Of a stretch of DNA of 64,000 nt, positions 12,513-27,700 are shown piece after piece. Under the pieces are notes generated by a model. That model ran no database searches. It was not told the origin of the DNA and saw only the letters and a list, made by a program, of their open reading frames with translations. The translations under genes were made by a program, and so were the position numbers. The stretch is from Nemertoderma westbladi (lineage: Eukaryota > Animalia > Xenacoelomorpha). Each line of letters starts with the position of its first letter. Position 1 is the stretch's first letter. Location of the stretch: the NCBI GenBank assembly GCA_032718475.1, contig JAUCBJ010003170.1, positions 6,657-70,656 on the forward strand. The letters are read 5' to 3'.

Positions 12513-12741
12513 TAAGCTATATCTACTCTATATATTTTTTTTTAAATATTTTATACACTTTTTTTAGTAAATTAAATTATACTACTGTATTTGTTCGCAT
12601 TATTTACAAAAAAAAAGCAAAGAGGTTCGAATACTGGAATTTAAATATTTTTAATGACACTAAAATGATAGGGCTATTATCACTGTGAATTGAATTCCGC
12701 GTTGGTTTTAATTATTGTATATTTCATAAGTCTGAGCAAAT

Positions 12742-15700
12742 CTATCTGAAAGATCTGATCATGGACAAAAATCGATGGCAACAAGAGACCAAAGTCGCGG
12801 TCCCAGCCGACTTGGCCCACAACCGTTTATCGTACACATACTCGCCAACACCTGGGCCCGCCCTATTAATTCGGCTTAAATGGTCTCCCAACACTTTGAG
12901 TGAGTTGAATTGTTTCCTCATGAATTCATCGTTCAGGAAATTGCAGCTTTGAGGGTCGCAGTGATTGGTTGCTATCCTGTTAATACTGATCAATGAATGG
13001 TTGTTTTTCTTTTCCCACTGTAGGGCTTCTTCCATGGCTTGGCTTGCATTAGACCACTCATTTTTCTTGGGTTTCTAAATTATATTTAAAAACTTATTTA
13101 GTTATCTTAACATCATATTAATTTATGGAATGTGAGGCGTAAGACTCTACTGTTGTAGTGTATGTAGCTTTTGGTTTTATAGTTTTTTTCTGCTGATTTT
13201 TATTGTAACTTGTGCTTGTGATCGGCACGGTGGGTGTGTCTTTGCTAACGAGTGGCTCCATAAAGTGAGTCACAGATTGTTTTACTTACAGATTGTTACA
13301 GAATACACCATGCACCGGAATATAGTGTCGTAATTCAGTGACACGATCCCACCCGCTAATTTATATGAGATCGCAGAAAATTTTAAACATAGATGGTTCA
13401 CTTCCAGAGTTCGCGATTCGTTGATGGTACCGCTCCGATGGTAAGCTGGCCGTGCAAGGATTCCAATTTTGTAAAATTATTGGAATTTGGTTGGAAAATA
13501 GCTGAGATATGGGCGTTCGAAAGTTACATGTATTGTTGCTTCCTATTCAAGCAATTTATTATATTTAATAAATATACCATATTTTAAAACATTTTACAGT
13601 ATTAAGGCTACCAATTAAAGTCACACCAAAATCGATGAAAAATTCACCAAAAAAAAGTATATTACACCAATTTAAATAATTTGACCCCAAAAAAATTATT
13701 CAACCCCAAATAAAATTATACAACACCAAAACAAAATATTCACAACAAAATAAATGACAAAACCCAAAAATAAATACAAATTTCCCCAAAATAAATACAT
13801 TTTCCCACAAAATAAATACATAATTCCCCAAAATAAATACATATTCCCCCAAGATAAATACATATTTCCCCCAAAATAAAATACTTATTCCCCCAAAATA
13901 AACAGACTCTCAGTCTCAGTTACAGACTCTCAGTTACAGACTCTCAGTTGCAGACTCTCAGTTGCAGACGCTCACTTGCAGACTCTCAGTTGCAGACTCT
14001 CAGTTACAGACTCTCAGTTGCAGACTCTCAGTTACAGACTCTCAGTTGCAGACTCTCAGTTACAGACTCTCAGTTACAGACTCTCAGTTGCAGACAATTG
14101 GTACGAGGATCGTCGGGTGAGTACAAAGCAAAGATCCAAGACTTTACTGCCCGTTCTGTACAAAACAAAGACCCAAGACTTTACTGCCCGTTCTGTACAA
14201 AACAAAGATATAAAGTCACATTAGGACCCAAAGAGTGTTCGGTCCCAAAGAGCGTTAGGTCCGAAATCCATTGCAATTTAAAGGAGCAGGTTAGTAAAGG
14301 AGCAGGTTACAGAGGGGTGTTGGGGGAACCAAAACAATAAACGAAAGTTAACATGTCACAAGATTATGCAGGTCTTATATTTGGGTCTTTGTTTTGTACT
14401 CATCCGAGGATCGTCGGTATAATTTGATTAAACATTTTGCTTGATTTATGGAAATAAATAATGAATGAATTTGTATAATTAAATTTTCCTTATCATATTT
14501 GTTGCTGGAAGAATTTTTTTTACTTTTTCGCTCGAATATACACCAAAATCGGGAGAAAAAGTTTCACTTGTTTTCACTACTTTTTTTCTCTTGGGAAAAA
14601 AAGTAACCCATTGGGTTAAAGTAAAGTAAAGTAAAAGTAAATTTTCTTTGGCCGTTAGGCCAGGGATTGCGCACAAAGTCTGACGACTTATTTCCAGTGC
14701 GGTCCCCCCAGAACTTTACTCCCCAGAGGAAACTCCAGTACTCATTTAGCTACCACTTAAGGATGCAAGGCAGAGATCCGCCCTGGCTGGTTGCATTGAT
14801 TTTACTTTTTTCCCGGCGAAAAAAAAGTAAATTAAAATTTTTTTGATGGAATTTCTTAAATTTTATTACATGTGTTGAAAGTGCATCGAAGTGGAAAAGG
14901 TTTGTAAGTAGTTTGATTAAAATCCATTCACACACTCAAAAGTAATTGCAACTGTAGTGTCTGTGCGGCGTACCCCTAAACGGAACACAATATCCAATAT
15001 TGGTTTATGTAGTTAAGCGTCTCTCTAGTTACGTAATAAATATTCGAGAACAATAAATATTGAGTTGCGTTTCGGCAAAAAGTTGCGTTTTGGCAAAAGA
15101 TAAAGATAAATTCCTAGATGTTACAGTAGAACGGGGTTGAATTCAATTACTAAAATTGTAGTGGTCTTTCTTTATGTCAATTATGCAAGGTAGGTGAAAC
15201 AGTACTAATATTATTTTACCTATTTGTATGGAATTAATTTCGCACTACCAAATCGCGCAGATAGGGGGTCTTTTGTTGGCCAGTTATTACTACATATTTA
15301 CTATGTTAATTATATATTTAATATATATGTATTGGATATATTTGTATATATCTATATATATATATTTGTATATATATATTGTATATATGTATATATATGT
15401 ATTTATATAATATATATTGGAATTATTGTGTATGTGTTAACCATTATATACTGTATGAATGCCGACCAGCCACCCACAGGTGACTTATGGAGGATCGCTA
15501 GAAGTCGGCTAGTTTACATATGAAGTATTTAGATTAGGCCAAGTTCCACCACTCTTGGGCCGTGTATAAAGGCGTCTATTCGACCCAGTGAACTGAGGGT
15601 AAGTCGCAAGTGGTCGGCAGTTCGGCTTAAATATATCATCATAGGTCTACAATGGACTATATGGAGGGTCGCTAAAAGTCGCAAAACTTTATATGTAGAC

Positions 15701-18700
15701 TATAGGTGGAGCCGACTTTGCCGACCAAACCGACTCTTCCGACCACCGCTTGGGCCGTGTATAACGGCGACTATTCGACCCAGTGAACTGAGGGTAAGTC
15801 GCAAGTGGTCGGCTGGTCGGCTTACATATATCATCATAGGTCTGCAATAGGCGACTATGCAAGACTACATGACTGCAATGCATGACTGGCAAGCTAAATA
15901 TATTAGCATGCCCAAATGGGCAAGTTATCTATTAGCTTGCCCAAACTGGCAAGTTAATTATATGGTCGTGGTGCACTTCTTCTGTCCTCTGACTACTGTA
16001 TAGCAAGTTATGAATATTGCTATACTAACAATGTTATATATGTTAACAATGTTATAATTATACTAACAATATTGTCGTAAATCATTTTAATTATTTTTTT
16101 TTAATTTGTTTTGTTGTTTTTAAATAGCCCTGAAGACGGGTGTGACGCCCGAAATGCGTATTGGTAATAATAATTAAATTTAATATTTATATTTTTTGGT
16201 ATCGAGGCATAGACCCTTACTCCCACACTTATCATTCACGATACTAACAATAATGGACAAGAGCAACAACTCTTCTGGTGTCCAGCCAAAACGGCGAGGG
16301 AATATTAAATGATTGAAGGACAGCGCCAAAAATTATATTAATAAAAAATTATAGCATAAAGAAACAGTTTAATTTTATAATCGTCCCCTTATAACATTTC
16401 CGCTACTGGTACTTGCCTTGCTTCCTATTGTTTAAAATATATCTTAGCAAGTTAACAGTTTTTAAGAAGATTTATTTAAACTTATCATAGCTACCGAATT
16501 ATTCATGTACAATTTCCCGTCATCCTTTAACGTGCTGCATTCGTCACCTGTAATCATTGCCACTACCCTATCTCTGATGGTAATCGGTGCGTTTTCGAGA
16601 AAACGATTGTAATCTGTAATAAAGTCAACAATAAGTCCCTTCCGATGTTTCGTTACTACATCAACGTCATCACCTTCGCAGTCACTAATATCAAGATAAC
16701 ATTCTTTATGGTCTATTGTGTATTGACAACCGGGAATTTCTTTCAGTTTCTCCTCAACATCCGTAGACGTGATGTTTGTGCGGAAACAACTTTTGTCCAT
16801 CGATTTCCACAGTTTGTGGTATCCACTTTTGGAAGAAACTACAACGATATTGAACATCGCATTGCGATGTTTAGATCTCAGGTTTAGCATTTCTTTAATG
16901 GTGGTTGTTAATTCGTCTTTCTTTATATAGTAAAGAACCTGCACTGCAGCTACTATATCGAACTTGGTGTTTTTTACACCCTCCTTGGTTAAATATTCTT
17001 GCAATGTCATTTCTTGAAAATTTACAGTTAATTTTCCTTTTTCTCGTTTAGCAAGCCTTTCCTGTGAATAAAATAATGGGTACATAAAGTAGATGAGTCG
17101 ATATCATCCTATTTTACAACCATTTGTTATGTAATCATATAAAGTGCTACATTACACGACCTTCGCTACACCACACGACGGTTATATTGAAAAATATCGA
17201 GACATGAAAAATATCGAAAGTAAAAATATCGAGTGTTGAAAAATAACGATAATATCGAGAGTTCAAAAAATCCCGATATTTTTCACCATTACCCACACGA
17301 CACTCTAAGTATAAAGTTAATAACACACTCATTTAAATAATGTTGCTTTCCTTATACAATCCCAGCTGATGTTGACTCGGTTCCACAGCCGTTACTTCCA
17401 CATTAACACCCTTGTGTACACGTTGTATTACATCAACCATCTGTAGGTCAATGTCTCCATCTCCACTCCCAAAAGACACCATCTTTAAAATATTATCGTT
17501 ACCCAATTTAATATGTTGACATTCTTCTTCAAATTCTAGTTTAAATAGAATATAATATTTTAATTAAATAACAGGGTAAGGTATGTACTAAGTTCCTGTG
17601 TCAGTTTACACGTTACAGTTTAATTTCTACAGACTTCAATAAGAGAGGACTTAGACAACACATTGCATATATAAAATATTTAATATAAAATGTGAAAAAA
17701 TAACAGCAAAATTAAATAAGATAACTCAACTAAACTAAAATTAATGTAATGTTTTGTTGCGGCTACAGGTCGTTTAGTTAGTTACTTGTATTACCCACCT
17801 TGATTAATCCATTTCTCTAAAACCAGTTTGTCGTCGGAAAGTTGTAAAAATAATTCAAAAGCTTCCATATACCTATCCTCGTCCGATGATAAATTTTCCA
17901 TCATAATTAATTTAACATTGACATTAACTTACAGAAATATGCAAACAAAGTTTAAGATAAGATAAACTCAGTAGAGGGGACCCAGGATCCAAGTTTCGCA
18001 TACTAAACCTAATTCAATTAATATAAATTTAATTAGGACACCCCAATAATAAAATGAATAGTTTCAAATATGGACTACTGCACTTCACAACAAACAATAA
18101 CGCATATTAAAGTACGCTTAAATACATAAGGTAATATACACAAAAGAGATTGTACCTTTTGGACCAGTTACGTGTTAAGTTAACATAAGGTAATTAGAAA
18201 TGCAAACATATATAAAATGGCGTATAATATATATAAGTAATTAATTATTATTGCTATCTGGTATCAGAATTGTAATGTATGTGTACGGTGAAGGTAGCGG
18301 AAGTGGAGTAAATTCAATAGTAAATGTCTGGCAACTACTCTGTCAGTTAAAGACGATTAATGAAATCACGCACTAAATTAATGAGAATGATATTGAAAGT
18401 CCGTTGTAACTGTCTGTATGGATAGCTCGCTGAGCGAAACGCAAGCACAACTCTCTGTTAGAATAGTTGTAGTTTATCATTACAAACATCGATAGAATAC
18501 CTACCGTTCGTCTCGCTTATTCATACGTTACGCTCCGACCAACATGGTTAGGAGTCATGGAGTTACAGTAGTTAGCTCCTAGGAGATACCGAAATTCAGT
18601 TGTTAAGTTTCCTTCGTGTAAATGAGAATTCTCCTGAGCAGGCCGCGAAACATGATGACGATGTTTGCGCCGATTTTACCCTGAAGATGGATGAATTTTT

Positions 18701-21700
18701 AGTGCGACAAGATCCCCCCTCCTATCTGTTATATTAATTATATCGTCCGTTGCCACAACCCGTGGCTGAGAGGTAAACGAACGCCACAGACGTCTCCGAC
18801 GAGGATCCGTTGTTAGATCGGTGGATCTCCACACTGTCGGCGACGACGGAGAGGCGCCGAGTAGTTGCCGCGACCACAAGAACGGAGATCCACTCCACCA
18901 GCTATCTCGTGGGGTTGTGTTACCTAGTCCAACTCGGCTTCACTAGACGCTGACACCAGATACCACAGGGTAGGCCTACCTAAAGGCGATGGGTAACCGT
19001 AACCGATTCCACTCCGTAGGTGATGAACCATTGGTTCTTCCTCCAATGCTTTATATTGTCATCCGGATAGACAACAGTGCATCCATCCTCGGGATCCAAC
19101 ATCTCATCTCTTCTAAAGGACTTCGATTTCCTCTCACATCCGCCCCATGTCTAATATTGGTTAGACTGTCTAAACTATTTTAATTTTATGCAGTTAGCTT
19201 GCAGTTTATATTTACTTAAAATAGTATTATTTGTTGTATTAAGGGAGATGGTGGTGTAATGGATGTTAATGTTTGACATTTTAATGTTTAATAAATCAAG
19301 CCTTTATTTTAATTAAATAATCCCATTTTCTAATTGAAATCTGAATTTTCTAATTCATCTAGAATTGATGAGCCGAATTGTTACTCGCACCATGTACTAT
19401 TGTCTGTTTCATTTTCATTTTCATTGAAAGTACCAACAAACTGTGAGCGAGTACAGTACAGGATATGTATGTACACAATCCAATATTCCAAAACCAGGCG
19501 AGCATACTGCTTTGAAACCGAGAGTTTTCTAGCCATCAGGTAATTCTGAATGTGCACGTAGGTTTAAAATCAATTTGCAGACTGACTTCTTTATGGAAAC
19601 ATTCGATGATGTTTACGAATTGTTAACTTGTAGTGAAATGAGTCCTAGTAGCATTGATTGTGCCGTGGAAAAATTTACTAATGTACTATATGATTGTGCA
19701 ATTTCTAGTGTGCCTGAAAAATGTAAAGCGCCGGGAAACAATAACTTTAATCCAGTTCCTAAAAGTGGAGCGGTTTGGTTTGATTTTGACTGTGAGGCAG
19801 CAAAATTATCGTTTAATCACGATTTAAATTTCTGGCGAAACAATAGGACACCTGACAGCCTATTAAATGTTCAGGCAAATCGTAAACATTACCGCAAGGT
19901 GTTACGTCGAGCTGTTCGTGCAAGGTGTTCGTGGTTTAATTTCAATAAACAAGAGTCATAAAAATTATTATATCTAAATAAAAATAATCCCAAAGATTTT
20001 TGGCGCAAGTTGAAAAGGTGCTGTAACAAGAATAGAATTGGGCCTGATAGCCCAAATTTGGACCAGTTTGAGAAATATTTTCGTGACTTGTCTTGTGGCG
20101 AAGGTTCTTTCGAAGATATGGGTGGCAGTAGTGCATCCACTTTTAATGTTGAACTTAGTAAGGAATGTTTTGAAGTACATTTAGGTATCCCCTTTAAGGT
20201 GGACGAAGTAGCTGCTGCAATTTTGGCTTTAAAAAGGGGCAAAGCCTCAGGACAGGACCTGCTTATTAATGCATTTTTCATCGAAGGTGCCACCGAGTTG
20301 ACGCCGATAATTACATGCATTTTTAATGCGATATTTTACAAAGGATATTTCCCACAGGCCTGGGCCATTGGATTGTTAATACCCTTGTATAAAAGGAAAG
20401 GCAGCGCTGCGGAAGCCTCTAACTATCGTGGTATTACATTGCTAAGCACATCTGGGTAAATTATTAACTTCATTAATTAATATCCGTTTATATTGGTGGG
20501 TAGATTGTTTTGGTGCTATAACGGGGCCCCAGGCGGGTTTCCGACCTGGATATTCTACTGTAGACCATATATTTACGTTAAATTCCTTAATCGAGCATTT
20601 TTAATATGGTAATAACTCAAAACGTAGACTATTTTGTGCTTTTATTGATTTTCGAAAGGCGTTCGACAAAGTAGATAGAACAGCTCTTTGGACTAAATTA
20701 ATAAATTTAGGTTTTTGTGGAAAAATTTTAACTGTCATCAAGAGTCTTTATAGTAATATTAGGTCTAAGGTAATTTATAATGATGAGATATCAGCCGAAT
20801 TTTCGTGCTTATTAGGTGTATTACAATACAAGGTGAAAGCCTCTCCTCTTTACTTTTTGCACTGTTTATCAATGATCTGGAATCCGAATTGAGATTAGGT
20901 GGGGTTAATGGTATTAGTTTCGGTTATATTCAATTATTTTTGCTGTTATACGCAGATGACATTGTACTAATATCTGATTCTCAAGGTGGATTACAAGCCT
21001 CTTTAGATATACTTCATTCGTACTGTAGGTACTGGCATATGGATGTAAACCTTGATAAATCAGAAATTGTTGTTTTCAGAAAGGAAGGACCCCTACCTAA
21101 TAGTTGCAAATGGGTATTTGGAGGGGTAAATCTAAAAGTACTGTAGTTAGTAGCTACGTGTACTGTACGTAGGGTTAACATTTAGTTGTAGCGGTAAATT
21201 TAATGCTGCTCAGTCACTACTACAGTACTAGCCGACAAGGCAAACACAAAGCCTTCTTCTCACTGCGTCGTAATTTTGTGCATTTTCCTAACCTTCCTTA
21301 TTCTACCTGTTGTTTTTTATTTTATACTTTAATTAAACCCTTCTAATGTACGGTGCTGAAGTGTGGGGACACCACACTGCAATAGAAGTGGAACGCACTC
21401 AACTGAAGTTTTTAAAAAATTTTCTTGGTGTAAAAATGTCTATTCCAAATTTTGCAGTTTACGGCGAGACCGGTTCGTTTCCATTATCTATTGACAGAAA
21501 ATTAAGAATGATAAAATATTGGTTAAAGGTACTGAATATGAATAGCGATAGATTACCGAAAGTTGCATAAACTGTTTTGTACAATGACCTGTCAATCAAC
21601 AATCTAGTTAAAAATTGGGTGTCAAATATTCGTGATATTTTATACACCACTGGTTATAACTACTATGTGTGGGATCAGCAATCAGTTGATGTGCCGGCAA

Positions 21701-24700
21701 GACATTTTATTTCGAAAATCAAATTGCGGCTACAGGACCAATACAAACAATTGTGGTGGAGTGAAATTGGTATAGGTCGAAGGATTTTATTTCATATTTT
21801 GATGCAATACCGTACCTTGATACATTACGTAATCACATAATACTGCGCAAACGCATCTCACAGATTCGGTGCTCATCTCATCAGTTAGAAGTTGAGCGTG
21901 GTCGTTGGTACAATGTAGAACGCTCTAACCGATTTTGTCAAATGTGCAATAACGATAGTATAGAAGATGAGTTTCATTTCCTTTTATAATGCAGTGCTTA
22001 CTCAGAGTTGAGAGTAAAATATCTTGGAAATTACTTCTCAAGGTACCCCACCAAAATAAAATTATCCGAATTATATGCATGTTTATATAAAGAATCTGCT
22101 AAAATAATGGTGAATCTAGGCTTATTTATAATTTATGGTTTTTTGAGAAGAAACACTTTATTAATTAATTAAGTGGTCGTTATAATTTTCAATTTCTAAA
22201 TAATCGATATTATTATTATAATAATGGTTGAACAGTTTATTGTTTATATTTGCTCTGCTGGGCCATTCTGTTATATTATAATCCGGTAATTGTATTTAAT
22301 AATGTATACATTCATGTCTAATTTAAGTACTGTATACTGGAGTTGTGCAATTTTAAGTGGACCCTTAATTGGGTATAGTTAATTGATTAAATATACTACT
22401 TAAAGCTAATAAGCGGTGAAAAAAAAAAGAAAAAAAAGAAAAAAAAATTGCACATTGAATACGAAATGTATATTAGTATCAGTATATTACAGTATCCATG
22501 TTCTAGCAGAATCTCGCACTTGATAAGATTACATACAGTTAACATCTCTTAAAATCCTCTTATCATTTTAGAGCTAGATTAAAAGTGAAATAGTTACCTA
22601 ATTGGTGCCCTTGATTGCATTAAACAATAAATAATTAATTATTGTTAGAGATGCCGGGTTGATGGGAAATTAAACCAAAGTCCTACATTATATATTTTGC
22701 GGATACACTACAACAGCTGCCAATACCAGTAGTATAGTATTATAAATTCATTGAACCACACGGCCACAATGAATATTGTAAATAAATTTAACAGAGGAGT
22801 TAGTTTATAAAACACCAGATGACATTGAAGTAAAAGCTTGAGGGGACATTAAATTAATGAATTACTTATTTAACTAAATATTAGGGGACATTAATCAATT
22901 AATTGTTTATGGAATTATTTATTAATGCATGCTGATGATTTTCAGTTACACCATATGTGTTTGTGCTAGCTCAAACGAATATTTGTTTAAGATGTAAAAA
23001 TCATATTAAGTAAATAAATATATATTTATTTATTCAAGCTACGTAAGTTCCACTTTGGCGTAGAGGTTAAGTCCGTGCCGGGTGCCCTGAATTCACCAGA
23101 TACAGGCAGAAAGTGATCAGGGGCCAAAACAAATGGGGGGTCTAAGTCAATTTGCACCGACTGAAAATTGAAATTGCACCGACTTAAATTGAAACGGTTC
23201 AACTGTGCATGTATTAGTAATAATTTATTATATTAACAAAATATAATTATTTATTACATAGGAAAAGAGCAGCTTTTTTTCACTATTCTCGAGGCATTTT
23301 ATTTACCGAGCGCAAGCGTGGTTAATAAAGGGACGAGATAATATTGAAAAAAAATATTCTACTTTTTTTCCCATGTAATACGTAATTTTATTCTTAATTG
23401 GTACCGGTACTTTTTTTGTTACTTAATTCTTTAATAAACTATAGAGCGATATAGTGTTACAAAATAAATTGAAAGAACTGTAATATTTTAATATTGCTTC
23501 CATAGTTACTGCAATTCAAATTATTTCTTTAAAGTGTCTTCTATTGGACGTTTCGCCATAATGGATTACAGTACACGTTAAACAATTATTTACATACAGT
23601 AGCTAATCCCGTCACTGCAAACTGGATAATAAACCAGCAATCATTAATCTGGAATACGGTAATTGAAGTTGTTTCCATGTCGTTGATTACTTTGCAGCGT
23701 TCCGTCCTATAGGCCGCAACGCTGCAAAGTAGTACTTTGCAGCGTTACTAGTAATTCACCAGAACGCTGTTAAGTTGACATAATGTAACAAAATACTTCA
23801 TATTGCTTCACAACCCACATTAAGTCTGTTTCAATATAGCTATCATTGCTATCAATGATATATTTTAACATATCTACACGTTCAAGAATAATGTGACAAC
23901 GTTTATAGAAAATGGAGGATTAAGAATGCTATCATAAAATTAATTAATAGTTTTTCAAAACTTGAAGTAGGTCATTCATTTACCAAAGTTGGTTAGCTAT
24001 AAAGCCAACGTTTTTATTCTAGAACACCTTTGAGTTATTTTTAGATTGTTCTAGGTAGTTGTGTTCCATAGTGGCTTTAGCTATAAGTAGAAACAATCCC
24101 CATGTATTTAATAAACATTCTGAAGATTTAAAAAATCTATAACTATCTCATAATTTAAGCAAGAGGTCTAACTGGAGCAATATCGATGGAGACACCTTTT
24201 ATAAACACTTAAACACTAAAAAATCAGAGCAAATATAAAAGTTCTGATTCACCCACCCACGAGGAGTTGCGTGAAACTATCTCTGTTTCAAATTTCATGC
24301 AATCTCATTAAGATTTGTAGAGGCATGACCTACCATAGATACGACCCGCCAAGCTGCTGCAAAGCCCCAAAATTTAGTGGGCCAGTTATTTATCTTAGAT
24401 ACAACCCCTGAAACAATGAGACAGGGGGGGGGGGGACTGGACGCAAAACCCGCCTTGGCGAATTAATATCCCGCCTCAATGTTAAATTCCCAATTTAGGG
24501 AAAGGAGCAGGTTACAGTGGCACGTTATTTTAACCAAAACAATAAACTAAGCAAAATAGAACAGGTTACAGTTTTATTTGAGAATAATCAGCTGTTATTT
24601 GCGTCGAATTTCCCCTGGAGAGGGATGGATTTTTATTGCGTCCAGTTTCCCCCCCTATCTGGAAACAATAGGTCTAGCGCGTCGAAAGTATCTTGTCCCT

Positions 24701-27700
24701 AACTAAAATTATGTCCTCTTTCAAAAGAGACAAATAAAAATTTAATAGCTCCAGTAGTTTTCGAGATATAAGGAGTTCCTGGCACCCATACCATATCAGC
24801 ACTTTTCGGAATTGATAAAATTACTCAAAATACAAGCATCACCCTTCAAGACTTTGGTATAACCATTAAACCATATTATGCTTTTTTGGTTAGTCGAATT
24901 AATTATTAGTAATCGAAAGCGAAATTAGAATACAATCTACATTGTTTATTTTATAATAGACACTAAAAGAGCACCAAAATTACAAGTAGCTCGAAATTTT
25001 CAAATAGCCAAAAGTGGTCATTTGGCCGTATAGTTTGGCTACTGAGGTTGTATAATGTGCTCATTTCATTGGTAAGGTTTATAAAATTGTGGTATTTTCA
25101 ATAATGGCCAATGTTTCAGTCGAAAATTCTAAGTGCCAACCTGTGCACTTCTATTTCAGTACAGCAGTACTCTGGTACTGGTGCGGCAATGTAGTGAATT
25201 ATTCAGTATGTGGTATTTGCATTGCACTACTGCGTTAGGCATTACATTACTGCTGATAGTGCTGACTGCGTTATGCTGTTACTGCTTTGGGCATCAATGC
25301 CTTATTTTATCACATTACCTGATGACCTGTATTTATTTGACTATTTATTATCACCTCTCTCTACACGGGTCTCCCTCAATGGGGGGAGACTTGACACCTA
25401 GGGTGGGAGACTTGAACTCCACCTCACATTCTTGTAAATTCGTTCAAAAATGCTGAAGAAGTGTAATAATTACATGTTCAACATGTCTATTTTATAGTAG
25501 AGCAGCAAAAATGCAAAAAATACGATTATTAATTTGTTAAATTATTATCCCAAATTTTGTACAAATTTAGGTGGTCGTTCACATGGTTCTCCCAACAAGA
25601 ACTGAATAAATAATAGTTCATTAAAACCGCAATAAAATTTAACGCGGGAAGGTACATTTTAATAATGAATGTCTTGTATAATTTTCAATGCAGGCACATA
25701 TTAATTGTTTTCCTGTAATTCTATTGATGTGTGCCGCTTTCTGACGAAATGGCATCTTGTTTAAGCTGTCAATCACCCAGTTGGCGGGCTACTAACTACA
25801 TTGCAAAGAGGGAAGGAAGAGTTGGTTGGCTTGGCTGGGTTTATCAAGGCCTCTCTCTCTCTCTCTCTCTGGCCACTCCATTGTATTCACATTCCATTGA
25901 TAGGTTGGTCTGTGTAAGTGCCAATCAACTAGTTGGAGTGCTCTGGTGTAACGTGGCTGTATCTCTAGGTAGAGGTCAGCATTGAAATCTTCAAGTCTCC
26001 CTCACACTCGGGCGTCATGTCTCCCCACATGGGCTTTTTTTATATTAATTGATATAATTTCAAAACGGCTGAACCAAAACTGGAAAACAATATATGGCAG
26101 GAGAGTGCAATAATTAGTCAACACATGTTGTGAATTACAATTAACATACAGTAAAATAAGGATGCGAATTTTCATTCGTTGTAAAGGGCAAAAATTTACT
26201 TTTGAACCCAGAAAACGTTTATTGAACGTTTATTTTATAGCTAAAAGGTAATAAAACATTGTTGCGCGGGTGTAGCCTACATGTATTTTACACATTTTTG
26301 TGTGGTATTGTTAAATAATTTACAATAGTTTTTGAGTTATTAAAAAAAATCAAGTCTCCCTCACTCACCCTGTACATTGTATCGTTTAACTGTCAGAGCT
26401 AGTAATCATCTGTTTTTTGCGTACAATTTCCCCTGGAGAGGGATGAAATTTTAATGCGTCCAGTTTCCCCCCCTATCTGCTATTTTCACTTGCGCTCAAT
26501 GTGCGCCACTATCTAATTATTGATGTAGTAGGCCTAGCAACAGACAGAATACGTAGTGAATTGAAATTGGGCAAGTGACTTATTTTGTAAGTCGAGTACT
26601 GAGCAAGTGACCTATTGGTAAAGTGACCTACTTTCGGTTAAAAATGAAATATATAGGGCAAGTGACCAAAAATATTTTTTTAATTTGAAAGTGACATATT
26701 GGGGAAGTGACTGCATACCATTGTATCAAACATATTTTTTTTAATTAAATAAAAACACGAATGAACTGTTGCAATTTTTAATAAATGTGAATTTTGGAAA
26801 ATTATGTTAATGTATGAATAGCTACGCAATATACATTGTGGGGCGAGCCACGAAGTGAGCGAAGTCTTAGCATATGGGTGCCATTGGCGAGTTGTCTGTC
26901 GTCGTCGTCGTAAATTTTTGATCGCTAATAACTCGGTTATTCCTTGATGAAATTAAAGGAAACTTGATATGTATGTAGTCCGGCAAAAGTTAGAAAGAAT
27001 CTCAAGTTTGGTCAAAAACGAACGAACGCAACGAGTTTACAGTGGATACGAGTTTTCAGCTGCCATAAATCAGCAGTTACTCTCACAGTTTCGAGACTAT
27101 GCACAGTTATAAAGTTATTTATATATATTAATTATTTTAAGACAAAACAGGACGAGCGCAACGAGGCTAATGAAGGAAAAGAGTATTGTAAAACTAAAAT
27201 TGTCATACTTAACTTAAATAGCCCTAGTTAGAAGGTTTACAAATTACAGTTAAAGTGTGTAAGGGCAAACTGATCTTTATTTTTACAACTAGATTATCAC
27301 AAACTGATAGCAACGCCTTCACTCATATATATTTTAGGAAAGACAGTTTTCGTATATCTAATAGAGGATTAGTATAATGTACCTTCTAATATAGGCTCTC
27401 GTGCTGCCCGAAGGCCCCACGAACGTGTATAGGTATAGGCATACCGCTATTATGCCGACCTACTCATAAAATAAATATAAATAAGACCTTCCAGTATTTA
27501 TTAAATATAATAAATTTCCTACAGCGAACGATTATTCCTCCTATCCTTGAACGCCAATATCTCAGATAAAGTTTCTCAACGAAATTCAGATAATGTGTTG
27601 CTATGAAGGAACGAATTTAAAATAAAGTAAAAAAAAGTAAAATAATATTTTCTTCGGCCGCTAGGCCAGGGATTAGAAGTCTGACGACTTATTTCCAGTG

